From contig NC_057718.1 in NCBI RefSeq assembly GCF_004010195.1, positions 27,525,088 through 27,589,087 of the forward strand: DNA of 64,000 nt. Reading direction: 5' to 3'. The DNA is from Chiloscyllium plagiosum (Eukaryota). The stretch's first letter is position 1; every line of letters starts with the position of its first letter. Shown here piece after piece: positions 62,755-64,000 of this stretch. The position numbers and the translations under genes are program-made. The notes under the pieces were generated by a model that was given only the letters and a program-made list of their open reading frames with translations, made no database searches and was not told the origin of the DNA.

Positions 62755-63571
62755 GCTTACACGACCTCGGACCTTCGGGTGACCAAACTCCAAAGCAGAC
62801 TTCGGGACAGGCCGCAAAGTGGCCGAGCAGAGGCGGATAGCTAAGGTCGGTACCCATAGGGAGGGCCTCAACCGGGACCTTGGGTTCATGTCACATTACA
62901 GGTGACCACCGTTGCACTATACACAGACACACGGACACTCTCACACCCTTACAGACACACACACTTCCACAGGCATCCTCTTAGAGACTTAGACCACTCT
63001 GCACTCATGCACACACATATACACCCTCCCACAAACACTCAACCCTCCCACCCCAGACACACACACACTCACACATGCGCCCCCTCACAGTCTTAAGACA
63101 TTCTACACACACTATGCACTCATATATGCTCTCTCTCACACTCTCAATCCCCAACCCAGACAGAGACACACACAGACATACAAAGACCCACATGCACACA
63201 TATTTTGTGGGGTGAATTTGTACTTGCAGAGTTACATTGTACTTTGCTCAAAAACGGCATGAATTCATGTAAAACTCTTATCTCACTTTTTAGATTAGAA
63301 TCAATCTAAACATCATGGCATAGACAGAACACAGGAGGCTAACACCTTCAACATATTGTCTAGCTAACACCCATTATTACAGCTAACCTGAGAATGCAAC
63401 TTTTAAAAAAAAGGTTTTGTGATTTACACATGAAAGTGAAACTATCATGGTATTCGAACAGAAGAAAGACTCAACAGACAACCAAGGTATTTTTCAATGT
63501 ATGATTTCAGTTACATCACACTGTAAATTTTTGCTATAAATTTTGTGCCTTATAATTGTGCCTGCCACAAT

Positions 63572-63606
63572 CACCTGAAGAAGGAGCGGCGCTCTGAAAG
63601 CTAGTG
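63572..63606 (+). ncRNA. Minimal type-I hammerhead motif in the inverted pseudo-LTR
   Basis: cac CUGAAGA A ggagc-ggc-gcucu GAAA GCUA gug. The partner copy at 60405-60439 (-) has GAAA changed to AAAA. Confidence 0.75.
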
Positions 63607-64000
63607 TGCTTCCAATTAAACCTGTTGGACTATAACCCGGTGTTGTGAAATTTAACTTCATTTACAGAAGATTTTTCTCTCACAAAGGAAAAGAACACCC
63701 GGTCACTCTAATCTATTAGTTTGCTATAGATTAAGTAGTGGAAGACTTTCAAACAGAAGTCTCCTTATAATCAGTTAAACAGTTGCATGGAAAAATGGAA
63801 AACCTCACTCTAACCAGCTTTTTATCAATCAAATCGATAACCATTTCAAGTCTCCAAAGTCTGAGTCAATGGAACACCATATTCCATGGAATGCATTGGA
63901 CATTGTGCAAAGTTTTACGCAAGGTGTCCAACTAAAGCTGGAAAGACAGCAGGGAGCAGTAACAGGAAGGTTCCTTGACAGTATCACCACTGGGAAACCT

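Larger units (their letters stand above)
60318..63653 (-). mobile_element. Neptune-like Penelope retroelement, 5'-truncated, flanked by inverted pseudo-LTRs of about 0.9-1 kb
   Basis: Arms about 60352-61360 and 62760-63655; tail 60318-60350; CA-rich 3' UTR. Direct repeat aacttcatttacagaa at 60302-60317 and 63654-63669. Confidence 0.94.

Noticed and set aside
62755..62889. First 45 or so residues of the 583-aa ORF (and its HT-rich end at 61138-61270)
   Set aside because: The start is antisense of the inverted arm and the end is a frameshift into the CA-rich UTR; neither is native protein.
1..64000. CRISPR arrays, rRNA, or prokaryotic or viral systems
   Set aside because: No repeat-spacer array, rRNA or operon-like gene organisation; the sequence is repeat-rich vertebrate DNA.

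Overview
This is vertebrate genomic DNA from an elasmobranch (shark or ray). That call is inferred from about 12 HE1-type V-SINEs and their partner CR1 LINEs. The only host gene I can support is stonin-1 (STON1) on the minus strand. It has three coding exons (11255-9518, 8198-7996, 398-324) with canonical splice sites in compatible phases, giving 2016 nt and 671 aa. A non-coding first exon may lie in a CpG-enriched unique region near 31-33 kb. Most of the remaining sequence is transposable elements: CR1 LINE fragments (one near full length), L2 and Rex1/Babar fragments, tRNA-derived SINEs, a solo LTR, a Tigger-like MITE and a decayed Harbinger-type Myb/SANT gene. The most notable signal is a dense set of Penelope-like element (PLE) insertions from several families (Neptune- and Poseidon-like). 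They carry minimal type-I hammerhead ribozyme motifs and share one architecture: a 10-16 bp target-site duplication (TSD), an inverted arm, a forward arm with a short extra tail, and the TSD again. Several are about 200-bp non-coding palindromes whose fold-back point sits at the hammerhead. Repeat boundaries were read by eye and are approximate, and family names were not checked against any database.
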